Shown here piece after piece: positions 32,701 to 46,430 of a stretch of DNA of 64,000 bases. The first letter of the stretch is position 1. Every line of letters starts with the position of its first letter. The notes below the pieces were generated by a model. The model did no database searches, was not told where the DNA came from, and saw only the letters and a program-made list of their open reading frames with translations. This DNA comes from Nemertoderma westbladi. Taxonomy: Eukaryota; Animalia; Xenacoelomorpha. A program made the position numbers and the translations under genes. Location of the stretch: assembly GCA_032718475.1 (NCBI GenBank), contig JAUCBJ010000203.1, positions 1 through 64,000 on the forward strand. Direction: 5' to 3'.

Positions 32701-35700
32701 TACAGTTCTGTACTAGAGGCCCTATATTGGTACTACAGTTCTGGACTATATTGGTACTTACAGTTCTGGACTATATTGGTACTACAGTTCTGGACTATAT
32801 TGGTACTTACAGTTCTGGACTATATGGACTACAGTTCTAGACTATATTGGTACTTACAGTTCTGTACTATATTGGTACTTACAGTTCTGGACTATATGGA
32901 CTACAGTTCTAGACTATATTGGTACTTACAGTTCTGTACTATATTGGTACTTACAGTTCTGGACTATATTGGTACTACAGTTCTGGACTATATTGGTACT
33001 TACAGTTCTGGACTATATGGACTACAGTTCTAGACTATATTGGTACTTACAGTTCTGTACTATATTGGTACTTACAGTTCTGGACTATATTGGTACTACA
33101 GTTCTGTACTATTAAACTATTGGTACTACAGTTCTAGACTATATTGGTACTTACAGTTCTGTACTATATTGGTACTTACAGTTCTGGACTAGAGGCCCTA
33201 TATTGGTACTACAGTTCTGGACTATATTGGTACTACAGTTCTGTACTATATTGGTACTACAGTTCTGGACTATATTGGTACTACAGTTCAGTACTATATT
33301 GGTACTACAGTTCTGGACTATATGGACTACAGTTCTGTACTAGAGGCCCTATATTGGTACTACAGTTCTGGACTATATTGGTACTACAGTTCTGTACTAT
33401 TAAACTATTGGTACTACAGTTCTGGACTATATTGGTACTACAGTTCTGTACTATTGGTACTACAGTTCTGGACTATATTAGTACTACAGTTCTGTACTAT
33501 ATTGGTACTACAGTTCTGTACTATATTGGTACTACAGTTCTGTACTATATTGGTACTTACAGTTCTGGACTATATTGGTACTACAGTTCTGTACTAGAGG
33601 CCCTATATTGGTACTACAGTTCTGGACTATATTGGTACTACAGTTCTGGACTATATTGGTACTACAGTTCTGGACTATATTGGTACTTACAGTTCTGTAC
33701 TATATTGGTACTTACAGTTCTGGACTATATTGGTACTACAGTTCTGGACTATATTGGTACTTACAGTTCTGGACTATATGGACTACAGTTCTAGACTATA
33801 TTGGTACTTACAGTTCTGTACTATATTGGTACTTACAGTTCTGGACTATATTGGTACTACAGTTCTGGACTATATTGGTACTACAGTTCTGTACTATTAA
33901 ACTATTGGTACTACAGTTCTAGACTATATTGGTACTACAGTTCTGTACTATTAAACTATTGGTACTACAGTTCTGGACTATATTGGTACTACAGTTCTGG
34001 ACTATATTGGTACTTACAGTTCTGGACTATATGGACTACAGTTCTAGACTATATTGGTACTTACAGTTCTGTACTATATTGGTACTTACAGTTCTGGACT
34101 ATATTGGTACTACAGTTCTGTACTATTAAACTATTGGTACTACAGTTCTAGACTATATTGGTACTTACAGTTCTGTACTATATTGGTACTTACAGTTCTG
34201 GACTAGAGGCCCTATATTGGTACTACAGTTCTGGACTATATTGGTACTACAGTTCTGGACTATATTGGTACTACAGTTCTGTACTATTGGTACTACAGTT
34301 CTGGACTATATTTGGTACTACAGTTCAGTACTATATTAGTACTACAGTTCTGTACTATATTGGTACTTACAGTTCTGTACTATAGGTACTACAGTTCTGT
34401 ACTATAGGTACTACAGTTCTGTACTATTGGTACTACAGTTCTGGACTATATTTGGTACTACAGTTCAGTACTATATTAGTACTACAGTTCTGTACTATAT
34501 TGGTACTACAGTTCTGTACTATTGGTACTACAGTTCTGGACTATATTTGGTACTACAGTTCAGTACTATATTAGTACTACAGTTCTGTACTATATTGGTA
34601 CTACAGTTCTGTACTAGAGGCCCTATATTGGTACTACAGTTCTGGACTATATTGGTACTACAGTTCTGGACTATATTGGTACTACAGTTCTGGACTATAT
34701 TGGTACTTACAGTTCTGGACTATATGGACTACAGTTCTAGACTATATTGGTACTTACAGTTCTGTACTATATTGGTACTTACAGTTCTGGACTATATTGG
34801 TACTACAGTTCTGTACTATTAAACTATTGGTACTACAGTTCTAGACTATATTGGTACTACAGTTCTGTACTATTAAACTATTGGTACTACAGTTCTGGAC
34901 TATATTGGTACTACAGTTCTGGACTATATTGGTACTTACAGTTCTGGACTATATGGACTACAGTTCTAGACTATATTGGTACTTACAGTTCTGTACTATA
35001 TTGGTACTTACAGTTCTGGACTATATTGGTACTACAGTTCTGTACTATTAAACTATTGGTACTACAGTTCTAGACTATATTGGTACTACAGTTCTGTACT
35101 ATTAAACTATTGGTACTACAGTTCTGGACTATATTGGTACTACAGTTCTGGACTATATTGGTACTTACAGTTCTGGACTATATGGACTACAGTTCTAGAC
35201 TATATTGGTACTTACAGTTCTGTACTATATTGGTACTACAGTTCTGGACTATATTGGTACTTACAGTTCTGGACTATATGGACTACAGTTCTAGACTATA
35301 TTGGTACTTATAGTTCTGTACTATATTGGTACTTACAGTTCTGGACTATATTGGTACTACAGTTCTAGACTATATTGGTACTTACAGTTCTGTACTATAT
35401 TGGTACTTACAGTTCTGGACTAGAGGCCCTATATTGGTACTACAGTTCTGGACTATATTGGTACTACAGTTCTGGACTATATTGGTACTACAGTTCTGTA
35501 CTATTGGTACTACAGTTCTGGACTATATTTGGTACTACAGTTCAGTACTATATTAGTACTACAGTTCTGTACTATATTGGTACTTACAGTTCTGTACTAT
35601 AGGTACTACAGTTCTGTACTATAGGTACTACAGTTCTGTACTATTGGTACTACAGTTCTGGACTATATTTGGTACTACAGTTCAGTACTATATTAGTACT

Positions 35701-38700
35701 ACAGTTCTGTACTATATTGGTACTACAGTTCTGTACTATTGGTACTACAGTTCTGGACTATATTTGGTACTACAGTTCAGTACTATATTAGTACTACAGT
35801 TCTGTACTATATTGGTACTACAGTTCTGTACTAGAGGCCCTATATTGGTACTACAGTTCTGGACTATATTGGTACTACAGTTCTGGACTATATTGGTACT
35901 ACAGTTCTGGACTATATTGGTACTTACAGTTCTGGACTATATGGACTACAGTTCTAGACTATATTGGTACTTACAGTTCTGTACTATATGGACTACAGTT
36001 CTGTACTAGAGGCCCTATATTGGTACTACAGTTCAGTACTATATTAGTACTACAGTTCTGTACTATATTGGTACTACAGTTCTGGACTATATTGGTACTT
36101 ACAGTTCTGGACTATATTGGTACTTACAGTTCTGTACTATTGGTACTACAGTTCTGGACTATATTGGTACTTACAGTTCTGTACTATATGGACTACAGTT
36201 CTGGACTATATTGGTACTACAGTTCTGTACTATTGGTACTACAGTTCTGTACTAGAGGCCCTATATTGGTACTATAGTTCTGTACTAGAGGCCCTATATT
36301 GGTACTACAGTTCAGTACTATATTAGTACTACAGTTCTGTACTATATTGGTACTACAGTTCTGTACTAGAGGCCCTATATTGGTACTTACAGTTCTGTAC
36401 TATTGGTACTACAGTTCTGGACTATATTGGTACTATAGTTCTGTACTATTGGTACTACAGTTCTGGACTATATTGGTACTTACAGTTCTGTACTATATTG
36501 GTACTACAGTTCTGGACTATATTGGTACTTACAGTTCTGTACTATTGGTACTACAGTTCTGGACTATATTGGTACTACAGTTCTGTACTATTGGTACTAC
36601 AGTTCTGGACTATATTGGTACTTACAGTTCTGGACTATATTGGTACTACAGTTCTGTACTATAGTGGTACTACAGTTCTGTACTAGAGGCCCTATATTGG
36701 TACTACAGTTCTGGACTATATTGGTACTACAGTTCTGGACTATATTAGTACTACAGTTCTGTACTATATTGGTACTACAGTTCTGGACTATATTGGTACT
36801 ACAGTTCTGGACTATATTGGTACTACAGTTCTGTACTATATGGACTACAGTTCTGTACTAGAGGCCCTATATTGGTACTACAGTTCAGTACTATATTAGT
36901 ACTACAGTTCTGGACTATATTGGTACTACAGTTCTGGACTATATTGGTACTTACAGGTCTGTACTATATTGGTACTACAGTTCTGGACTATATTGGTACT
37001 TACAGTTCTGTACTATATTTGGTACTACAGTTCTGTACTATATGGACTACAGTTCTGTACTAGAGGCCCTATATTGGTACTACAGTTCAGTACTATATTA
37101 GTACTACAGTTCTGTACTATATTGGTACTACAGTTCTGGACTATATTGGTACTACAGTTCTGGACTATATTGGTACTACAGTTCTGTACTATATGGACTA
37201 CAGTTCTGTACTAGAGGCCCTATATTGGTACTACAGTTCAGTACTATATTGGTACTACAGTTCTGGACTATATTGGTACTACAGTTCTGGACTATATTGG
37301 TACTTACAGTTCTGTACTATTGGTACTACAGTTCTGGACTATATTGGTACTACAGTTCTGTACTATATGGACTACAGTTCTGTACTAGAGGCCCTATATT
37401 GGTACTACAGTTCAGTACTATATTAGTACTACAGTTCTGTACTATATTGGTACTACAGTTCTGGACTATATTGGTACTTACAGTTCTGGACTATATTGGT
37501 ACTTACAGTTCTGTACTATTGGTACTACAGTTCTGGACTATATTGGTACTTACAGTTCTGTACTATATGGACTACAGTTCTGGACTATATTGGTACTACA
37601 GTTCTGTACTATATTGGTACTACAGTTCTGTACTATATTGGTACTACAGTTCTGTACTAGAGGCCCTATATTGGTACTACAGTTCTGTACTATATTGGTA
37701 CTTACAGTTCTGGACTATATTGGTACTACAGTTCTGGACTATATTGGTACTACAGTTCTGTACTATTGGTACTACAGTTCTGGACTATATTTGGTACTAC
37801 AGTTCAGTACTATATTAGTACTACAGTTCTGTACTATATTGGTACTACAGTTCTGTACTAGAGGCCCTATATTGGTACTACAGTTCTGGACTATATTGGT
37901 ACTACAGTTCTGGACTATATTGGTACTACAGTTCTGGACTATATTGGTACTACAGTTCTGTACTATTGGTACTACAGTTCTAGACTATATTGGTACTTAC
38001 AGTTCTGGACTATATTGGTACTACAGTTCTGTACTAGAGGCCCTATATTGGTACTACAGTTCTGGACTATATTGGTACTACAGTTCTGGACTATATTGGT
38101 ACTACAGTTCTGTACTATATTGGTACTACAGTTCTGTACTATATTGGTACTTACAGTTCTGTACTAGAGGCCCTATATTGGTACTACAGTTCTGGACTAT
38201 ATTGGTACTACAGTTCTGGACTATATTGGTACTACAGTTCTGTACTATTGGTACTACAGTTCTGGACTATATTTGGTACTACAGTTCAGTACTATATTGG
38301 TACTACAGTTCTGTACTAGAGGCCCTATATTGGTACTACAGTTCTGGACTATATTGGTACTTACAGTTCTGTACTATATGGACTACAGTTCTGTACTATA
38401 TTGGTACTACAGTTCTGGACTATATTGGTACTACAGTTCTGTACTATTGGTACTACAGTTCTGGACTATATTTGGTACTACAGTTCAGTACTATATTAGT
38501 ACTACAGTTCTGTACTATATTGGTACTACAGTTCTGTACTAGAGGCCCTATATTGGTACTACAGTTCTGGACTATATTGGTACTACAGTTCTGGACTATA
38601 TTGGTACTACAGTTCTGTACTATTGGTACTACAGTTCTGGACTATATTTGGTACTACAGTTCAGTACTATATTAGTACTACAGTTCTGTACTATATTGGT

Positions 38701-41700
38701 ACTACAGTTCTGTACTATTGGTACTACAGTTCTGGACTATATTGGTACTACAGTTCTGGACTATATTGGTACTACAGTTCTGTACTATTGGTACTACAGT
38801 TCTGGACTATATTTGGTACTACAGTTCAGTACTATATTAGTACTACAGTTTTGTACTATATTGGTACTACAGTTCTGTACTAGAGGCCCTATATTGGTAC
38901 TACAGTTCTGGACTATATTGGTACTTACAGTTCTGGACTATATTGGTACTACAGTTCTGGACTATATTGGTACTTACAGTTCTGGACTATATGGACTACA
39001 GTTCTAGACTATATTGGTACTTACAGTTCTGTACTATATTGGTACTTACAGTTCTGGACTATATGGACTACAGTTCTAGACTATATTGGTACTTACAGTT
39101 CTGTACTATATTGGTACTTACAGTTCTGGACTATATTGGTACTACAGTTCTGGACTATATTGGTACTTACAGTTCTGGACTATATGGACTACAGTTCTAG
39201 ACTATATTGGTACTTACAGTTCTGTACTATATTGGTACTTACAGTTCTGGACTATATTGGTACTACAGTTCTGTACTATTAAACTATTGGTACTACAGTT
39301 CTAGACTATATTGGTACTTACAGTTCTGTACTATATTGGTACTTACAGTTCTGGACTAGAGGCCCTATATTGGTACTACAGTTCTGGACTATATTGGTAC
39401 TACAGTTCTGTACTATATTGGTACTACAGTTCTGGACTATATTGGTACTACAGTTCAGTACTATATTGGTACTACAGTTCTGGACTATATGGACTACAGT
39501 TCTGTACTAGAGGCCCTATATTGGTACTACAGTTCTGGACTATATTGGTACTACAGTTCTGTACTATTAAACTATTGGTACTACAGTTCTGGACTATATT
39601 GGTACTACAGTTCTGTACTATTGGTACTACAGTTCTGGACTATATTAGTACTACAGTTCTGTACTATATTGGTACTACAGTTCTGTACTATATTGGTACT
39701 ACAGTTCTGTACTATATTGGTACTTACAGTTCTGGACTATATTGGTACTACAGTTCTGTACTAGAGGCCCTATATTGGTACTACAGTTCTGGACTATATT
39801 GGTACTACAGTTCTGGACTATATTGGTACTACAGTTCTGGACTATATTGGTACTTACAGTTCTGTACTATATTGGTACTTACAGTTCTGGACTATATTGG
39901 TACTACAGTTCTGGACTATATTGGTACTTACAGTTCTGGACTATATGGACTACAGTTCTAGACTATATTGGTACTTACAGTTCTGTACTATATTGGTACT
40001 TACAGTTCTGGACTATATTGGTACTACAGTTCTGGACTATATTGGTACTACAGTTCTGTACTATTAAACTATTGGTACTACAGTTCTAGACTATATTGGT
40101 ACTACAGTTCTGTACTATTAAACTATTGGTACTACAGTTCTGGACTATATTGGTACTACAGTTCTGGACTATATTGGTACTTACAGTTCTGGACTATATG
40201 GACTACAGTTCTAGACTATATTGGTACTTACAGTTCTGTACTATATTGGTACTTACAGTTCTGGACTATATTGGTACTACAGTTCTGTACTATTAAACTA
40301 TTGGTACTACAGTTCTAGACTATATTGGTACTTACAGTTCTGTACTATATTGGTACTTACAGTTCTGGACTAGAGGCCCTATATTGGTACTACAGTTCTG
40401 GACTATATTGGTACTACAGTTCTGGACTATATTGGTACTACAGTTCTGTACTATTGGTACTACAGTTCTGGACTATATTTGGTACTACAGTTCAGTACTA
40501 TATTAGTACTACAGTTCTGTACTATATTGGTACTTACAGTTCTGTACTATAGGTACTACAGTTCTGTACTATAGGTACTACAGTTCTGTACTATTGGTAC
40601 TACAGTTCTGGACTATATTTGGTACTACAGTTCAGTACTATATTAGTACTACAGTTCTGTACTATATTGGTACTACAGTTCTGTACTATTGGTACTACAG
40701 TTCTGGACTATATTTGGTACTACAGTTCAGTACTATATTAGTACTACAGTTCTGTACTATATTGGTACTACAGTTCTGTACTAGAGGCCCTATATTGGTA
40801 CTACAGTTCTGGACTATATTGGTACTACAGTTCTGGACTATATTGGTACTACAGTTCTGGACTATATTGGTACTTACAGTTCTGGACTATATGGACTACA
40901 GTTCTAGACTATATTGGTACTTACAGTTCTGTACTATATTGGTACTTACAGTTCTGGACTATATTGGTACTACAGTTCTGTACTATTAAACTATTGGTAC
41001 TACAGTTCTAGACTATATTGGTACTACAGTTCTGTACTATTAAACTATTGGTACTACAGTTCTGGACTATATTGGTACTACAGTTCTGGACTATATTGGT
41101 ACTTACAGTTCTGGACTATATGGACTACAGTTCTAGACTATATTGGTACTTACAGTTCTGTACTATATTGGTACTTACAGTTCTGGACTATATTGGTACT
41201 ACAGTTCTGTACTATTAAACTATTGGTACTACAGTTCTAGACTATATTGGTACTACAGTTCTGTACTATTAAACTATTGGTACTACAGTTCTGGACTATA
41301 TTGGTACTACAGTTCTGGACTATATTGGTACTTACAGTTCTGGACTATATGGACTACAGTTCTAGACTATATTGGTACTTACAGTTCTGTACTATATTGG
41401 TACTACAGTTCTGGACTATATTGGTACTTACAGTTCTGGACTATATGGACTACAGTTCTAGACTATATTGGTACTTATAGTTCTGTACTATATTGGTACT
41501 TACAGTTCTGGACTATATTGGTACTACAGTTCTAGACTATATTGGTACTTACAGTTCTGTACTATATTGGTACTTACAGTTCTGGACTAGAGGCCCTATA
41601 TTGGTACTACAGTTCTGGACTATATTGGTACTACAGTTCTGGACTATATTGGTACTACAGTTCTGTACTATTGGTACTACAGTTCTGGACTATATTTGGT

Positions 41701-42123
41701 ACTACAGTTCAGTACTATATTAGTACTACAGTTCTGTACTATATTGGTACTTACAGTTCTGTACTATAGGTACTACAGTTCTGTACTATAGGTACTACAG
41801 TTCTGTACTATTGGTACTACAGTTCTGGACTATATTTGGTACTACAGTTCAGTACTATATTAGTACTACAGTTCTGTACTATATTGGTACTACAGTTCTG
41901 TACTATTGGTACTACAGTTCTGGACTATATTTGGTACTACAGTTCAGTACTATATTAGTACTACAGTTCTGTACTATATTGGTACTACAGTTCTGTACTA
42001 GAGGCCCTATATTGGTACTACAGTTCTGGACTATATTGGTACTACAGTTCTGGACTATATTGGTACTACAGTTCTGGACTATATTGGTACTTACAGTTCT
42101 GGACTATATGGACTACAGTTCTA
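29790..42123. repeat. 6167-bp higher-order tandem duplication within the array (29790-35956 / 35957-42123)
   Basis: Rare variants recur at exactly +6167: ggtactatag 30101/36268, actatagtgg 30491/36658, tacagg 30785/36952, gttttgtac 32681/38848. The ORF track repeats at the same offset. Confidence 0.95.
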
Positions 42124-43687
42124 GACTATATTGGTACTTACAGTTCTGTACTATATTGGTACTTACAGTTCTGGACTATATTGGTACTACAGTTCTGTAC
42201 TATTAAACTATTGGTACTACAGTTCTAGACTATATTGGTACTACAGTTCTGTACTATTAAACTATTGGTACTACAGTTCTGGACTATATTGGTACTACAG
42301 TTCTGGACTATATTGGTACTTACAGTTCTGGACTATATGGACTACAGTTCTAGACTATATTGGTACTTACAGTTCTGTACTATATTGGTACTTACAGTTC
42401 TGGACTATATTGGTACTACAGTTCTGTACTATTAAACTATTGGTACTACAGTTCTAGACTATATTGGTACTTACAGTTCTGTACTATATTGGTACTTACA
42501 GTTCTGGACTATATTGGCACTACAGTTCTGTACTATTAAACTATTGGTACTACAGTTCTAGACTATATTGGTACTTACAGTTCTGTACTATATTGGTACT
42601 TACAGTTCTGGACTATATGGACTACAGTTCTGGACTATATGGACTACAGTTCTAGACTATATCGGTACTTACAGTTCTGGACTACATTGGTACTACAGTT
42701 CTGTACTATAAACAAACGGTACTGGACGACTCCAAACACCTTGTTCTACAAACGTTTTCCTCTCAAAAATTCAATTTTTTATTAAAATTAGAGTCATTTC
42801 GTAAAATGACATTTCACGGGATTTTAATCAAACATACAGTACAAAATGTATTTCTCTACGTAAAACAACACATTAGGTTATGGATATATGAATTAATATA
42901 AAAACAATAATATAAAGAAAACCTATGAATAAATCTTTACTAGTAACCCAAGGAGCCCTATCCAAGGCGTGTAACAATGCACTTGAGTTTTTCTTTATTA
43001 AAGCGACTCATACCGTAAACATAAAGTTTACCAAAGAAGACCATGAATTACAGTAAAACGTTTTAATGAAAATGTGAGCATTAGTATAGCAGATATAAAC
43101 AGCATAAAATTGTTAGACTTTGACCACTTTTAATTACATATAGAGCGATAGAATCTAGGCCTACACTCAGTGATGAAATCACGCGAAGTGGTACTGCAAT
43201 AGACTAAACTGGTCAATGATTATATTGTTAGTCATTGCGCTTTCTGCATTCTGATAAAGTACCAAAACTGTTTGCAGACTTATTTAATAACCTCACCGGG
43301 CGGGGCTTTTGAATAAACTGATTAATACAAAAAAAAACTGAAGAACCAAAAAGTGATAGTGATCTGACCGCGCCGCTACTACAGTTGGCCAAAATACCCC
43401 AAAAGTGACTTGTTTAATTTTTTCTGAAAACTAGCCCATGTTGAAGAACGTATTTGAAAACATGGGGCGATTTTTAATATTAGTCATGTATTAGCATAGG
43501 CATAAACATCATATTGCTAAGAAATAAATGATATTTCAAAATTTGATAAGCTGCGCTATTTTTCCTTCGTCATCTTGTTTTCTCAGAATTGATCCACTAC
43601 TATAGCACTTATAACCGGTAAATTATAAAGATGCCCTTTTGTGCCCCTTTTGAGAATTTAGCTTTTAAAAATAAAAATGTACACTAT

Positions 43688-44140
43688 ATTAATAATAATA
43701 AAATAAATATTTTTATAGCGCCAACGTTATGGTATAGTATTCTGTAAGCAATCTCTGCGGAGCACAGTGAGAAATTAGCTACAATACTGTATGTTAAACA
43801 TACTTAAAAGTTAGTGCGTTAAAAAAAATATATGTTAAAATAAAATAAAATATACCGTATATAAAACCAATTGCTACGACGTAGGTCTACATACTTAAAA
43901 GGGAGTTAATTAAAACAAAAAGTTCGGTGAAAATGTTGACTGAAAAAAGTTATAGCTGAGAGAACATATGTGTTTTTAGTTTTGATTTAAAAACTGTGGT
44001 TGAATGAATTTCTCCTATCAACGTCGGTCTGTTATTCCACAGGCGAGATGCGCATATCTCAAACTCACGCCATCCGATAGTGTAGCAGCGGATTCGTGGC
44101 TCCCTCAGTGTAATGGTTGTGCAGCTTCTGGTAACGAGAC
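43688..44140 (-). mobile_element. 3' end of an L2/CR1-group LINE (ORF2 C-terminus, 3'UTR and tail)
   Basis: Minus strand reads TRSCTTITLREPRIRCYTIGWREFEICASRLWNNRPTLIGEIHSTTVFKSKLKTHMF..* (stop 43950-43952), matching the L2-type 'PRLWN.LP...FK..LKTHLF' tail. It is followed by GCGCTATAAAAAT...TATTATTAT. Confidence 0.75.
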
Positions 44141-44355
44141 GCTCGCGTTTGACTTTCCCAAGTCAAACTATCCCAAAAATTTGTAAATAATATTAATTTA
44201 TAGTCAATTAGGGCTAGGGAGTTATTGATGCTACTTGTAATTATTAATTACTGCCTGACATCCCCTCCCCAGCCTCTCTAAGCGGATGCTACATAGCAAC
44301 ACCAAGCAACGTAGTAACTAATTGATTCTGATTGACTGGCCCAGTATTTCGTTTA

Positions 44356-45263
44356 AGCCTGTTTTAAGGGGGATGGGGGGGGGAGGGGGGTACACCCCCC
44401 TATGGACCTATTTTGCAAATGGCTATAATTTCTGCTTGTGTGTAGTTTTGTATATTTTATACCTTTCGGGGGATTAACATATGGCCAAAGATTGGGCTCA
44501 AACAAAAATTTTCAAATTTGCGTCGCCCTCTAGCGGCCACCAGCGAATTTGTTAATTTCACTAAAAACACTAACTAATCTTACAATTTTGGGCGAAAATT
44601 TTTCAAGATTCAAGAACAAATTTAATTTTGGCGTTTTGATTTGATATCACATACCATTTCATGATTTCTTAATAAATAGTCATGGAATAATGAGACAACC
44701 TTAACAAACTATCAAATTTATATAAAAGTTTCCACATATTTTTATAATAAGCCTTTACACAGAACATTAAGCTTTGCGCAGCACGTGAAGGTATCACATA
44801 GCACTTAAAGTTTTCATACAGCTCGTTAATAAATCGAGCAACTCGGAAAGCCTTTTGATCAGAATGAGAAGCCTTCACGCGGTACATAAAATGATCATGC
44901 AGCACATGAAGACTTCGCGCAGGGAGTCCGGACAATTTCGACCCGGACAATTGCGACGCGGTCAATTGCGACCCATTAAATAAAAATTATAGGTCGCAAT
45001 TGTCCTAACATCTTCGCGCAGCACGTGAATTATTCTCAAAAAAAAATCCCACAGCAAACATTTCAGATTGCTTATTTTATGCTCTTTTTAATATTTCGAT
45101 GGACACACAAACAGAGGAAAAACCAGCTAAGCCGTTTCCAGATTTGAAGTCCTCATTAAATTCTGCTCTAGATGAAATAAAAAAAACAAAAAAACCCGAA
45201 AATTTTGACATGAGGGGGGGGGGGGGGGGGGTAACCCCCCCCCCCCCCCTTAGTAAAGGGCTG
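44356..45263. mobile_element. Putative non-autonomous DNA transposon with imperfect G-run/C-run inverted termini
   Basis: Left end agcctgttttaaggggg..gggtacacccccctatg resembles the reverse complement of the right end catgagggg..gtaacccc..cttagtaaagggct. No clear TSD. Confidence 0.35.
44923..45012. mobile_element. 90-bp MULE/Mutator-type MITE with 9-bp TSD
   Basis: Imperfect 21-bp TIRs (GGAGTCCGGACAATTTCGACC versus reverse complement GATGTTAGGACAATTGCGACC) and internal GGACAATTGCGAC tandem motifs. Flanked by TTCGCGCAG at 44914-44922 and 45013-45021. Confidence 0.8.
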
Positions 45264-45479
45264 GAACATTGTTTGTTGTCTTATTATTGTAGCAGAATAA
45301 TTCGGCAATGAATAACTACCTATTCAATATATTGAATGTGAATGTATTATAATAAAAATTTAATAAAATAAAACAATTCGAATGAGATACGTTCTGCATG
45401 ATATGTAAATATCTCTTCTTTTACTGCATTATAATAATACTAATACCTATATAAATAATAATGTACAGAAGAGAACTCC

Positions 45480-45915
45480 ACCAGTTTATGCCATGGCACA
45501 TGTCAAAAAGAATCGCATCAACGGCTTTTGAAACATATAAATAATGAAAATGGCACATTTCTATCAAGCTATAGCGATTTTGATATGTTGTGCCATGTTA
45601 AACTAAAGTGCCATGTGTCACATGCTAAAAAGCCGAACCTCTGTGCCACTACAGAATTCTAAACCATTTGTAATCGAATCAGCACCTTTGAAAACCCATA
45701 AAAACCGAAAATGGCCAAACCTAATTTCTACATGCTAAACGTGCCACATGCTAAAATGTGGCACTTCTGTGCCACTAGAGCATTCGAAACCATTTGTTAA
45801 CTTTTCAGCACCATGTTAAATCTAGGGGAACCGAAATCTGCGCCATTCTGCCTGTGTTTTATTGTGTCAAATAGGCCTATGCCAATTTTTGCACGTGCAA
45901 GAAATGGCACAAAGG
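45480..45915. repeat. Degenerate DNA-transposon-like relic with many TGTGCCA/TGGCACA motifs in both orientations
   Basis: About ten GTGCCA/TGGCAC words and semi-periodic catgctaaaa...tgtgccacta blocks. Confidence 0.4.
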
Positions 45916-46185
45916 GACCCTTTGAGAATTTGAGACCCCTCTCTGAATATTCGCCGCCATTGAAAACTCATATAGGCGAAAAATAGTGCTCAAACTATGA
46001 CATGATGAGTCTTTGCAATGAGGTTAGGTGCTAAATGACGTCAGTAGAGATGATAAAGAAGGAATTAGATGCAGTGAAAATATCACTATCTGATGGGAAA
46101 CCTGCAGAGAGGCAGATCAAATTCAACTTTTTAGTAACAACCGTCCTGCAGTGTGGGCCTGTATGCTGCTCGATCCAGAGCTCCC

Positions 46186-46430
46186 AGGGGGGGGGGGGGG
46201 GGGGGGGGGACATTCGACGCAATAAAAATTAATCCCTCTCCAGGCGAAATACGACGCAAATAACAGCTGATTACTCCCAAAAATAAAACTGCAACCTGTT
46301 CTATTGTGTTTAGTTTATTGTATTGGTTAAAATAACGTGCTACTGCAACCTGCTCATTTCCCTAAATTGGTAATTTAACATTGAGGCGGGTTATTAATTC
46401 GTCAAGATGGGATTTGCGTCCAGTTCCCCT
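46186..46430 (-). mobile_element. ~245-bp MITE-like dispersed repeat, copy 1 (inverted relative to 49332-49585)
   Basis: The reverse complement aligns along its length with 49340-49580 (cgcaaatcccatct...gagcaggtt.cagt.gcacgttatt...aaccaa.acaataaactaaa...gggagtaatcag...gagggattaatttt). Imperfect GGGGA..GACGCAA TIR. Confidence 0.75.

Larger units (their letters stand above)
365..42710. repeat. Giant tandem array (satellite/expanded minisatellite), 24-bp monomer CTATATTGGTACTACAGTTCTG(G/T)A with 22-, 25- and 33-bp variants; roughly 1,700 units (estimate)
   Basis: Continuous head-to-tail repetition from attggtactacagttctgta at ~365 to ...ctgtactata at 42710. Recurrent variants: +GAGGCCCTA (33 bp), CTATTGG and TATATGGACTA (22 bp), TACTTACAG and TATTTGG (25 bp), TTCAGTA, TTAGTA, TCTAGA, CTATTAAACTATTGG. 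Confidence 0.99.

Noticed and set aside
366-42655. Hundreds of + strand ORFs (ILVLQFWT / YWYYSSGL / YIGTTVLD repeats, up to 481 aa)
   Set aside because: The 24-bp monomer is stop-free in all three + frames by chance. Frequent 22- and 25-bp variants shift the frame, so there is no frame conservation.
366-42710. Minus-strand open frame QNCSTNIV (repeated N-x-S sequon) as a mucin-like exon
   Set aside because: It is interrupted repeatedly by frameshifting variants that lead into TAG-containing frames, and there is no start or splice support.
365-42710. CRISPR array
   Set aside because: There are no unique spacers and no cas genes, and the context is eukaryotic.
365-42710. Telomeric or centromeric identity of the array
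   Set aside because: It is flanked by unique sequence on both sides and has no G-rich telomere motif. Centromere function cannot be inferred from sequence.
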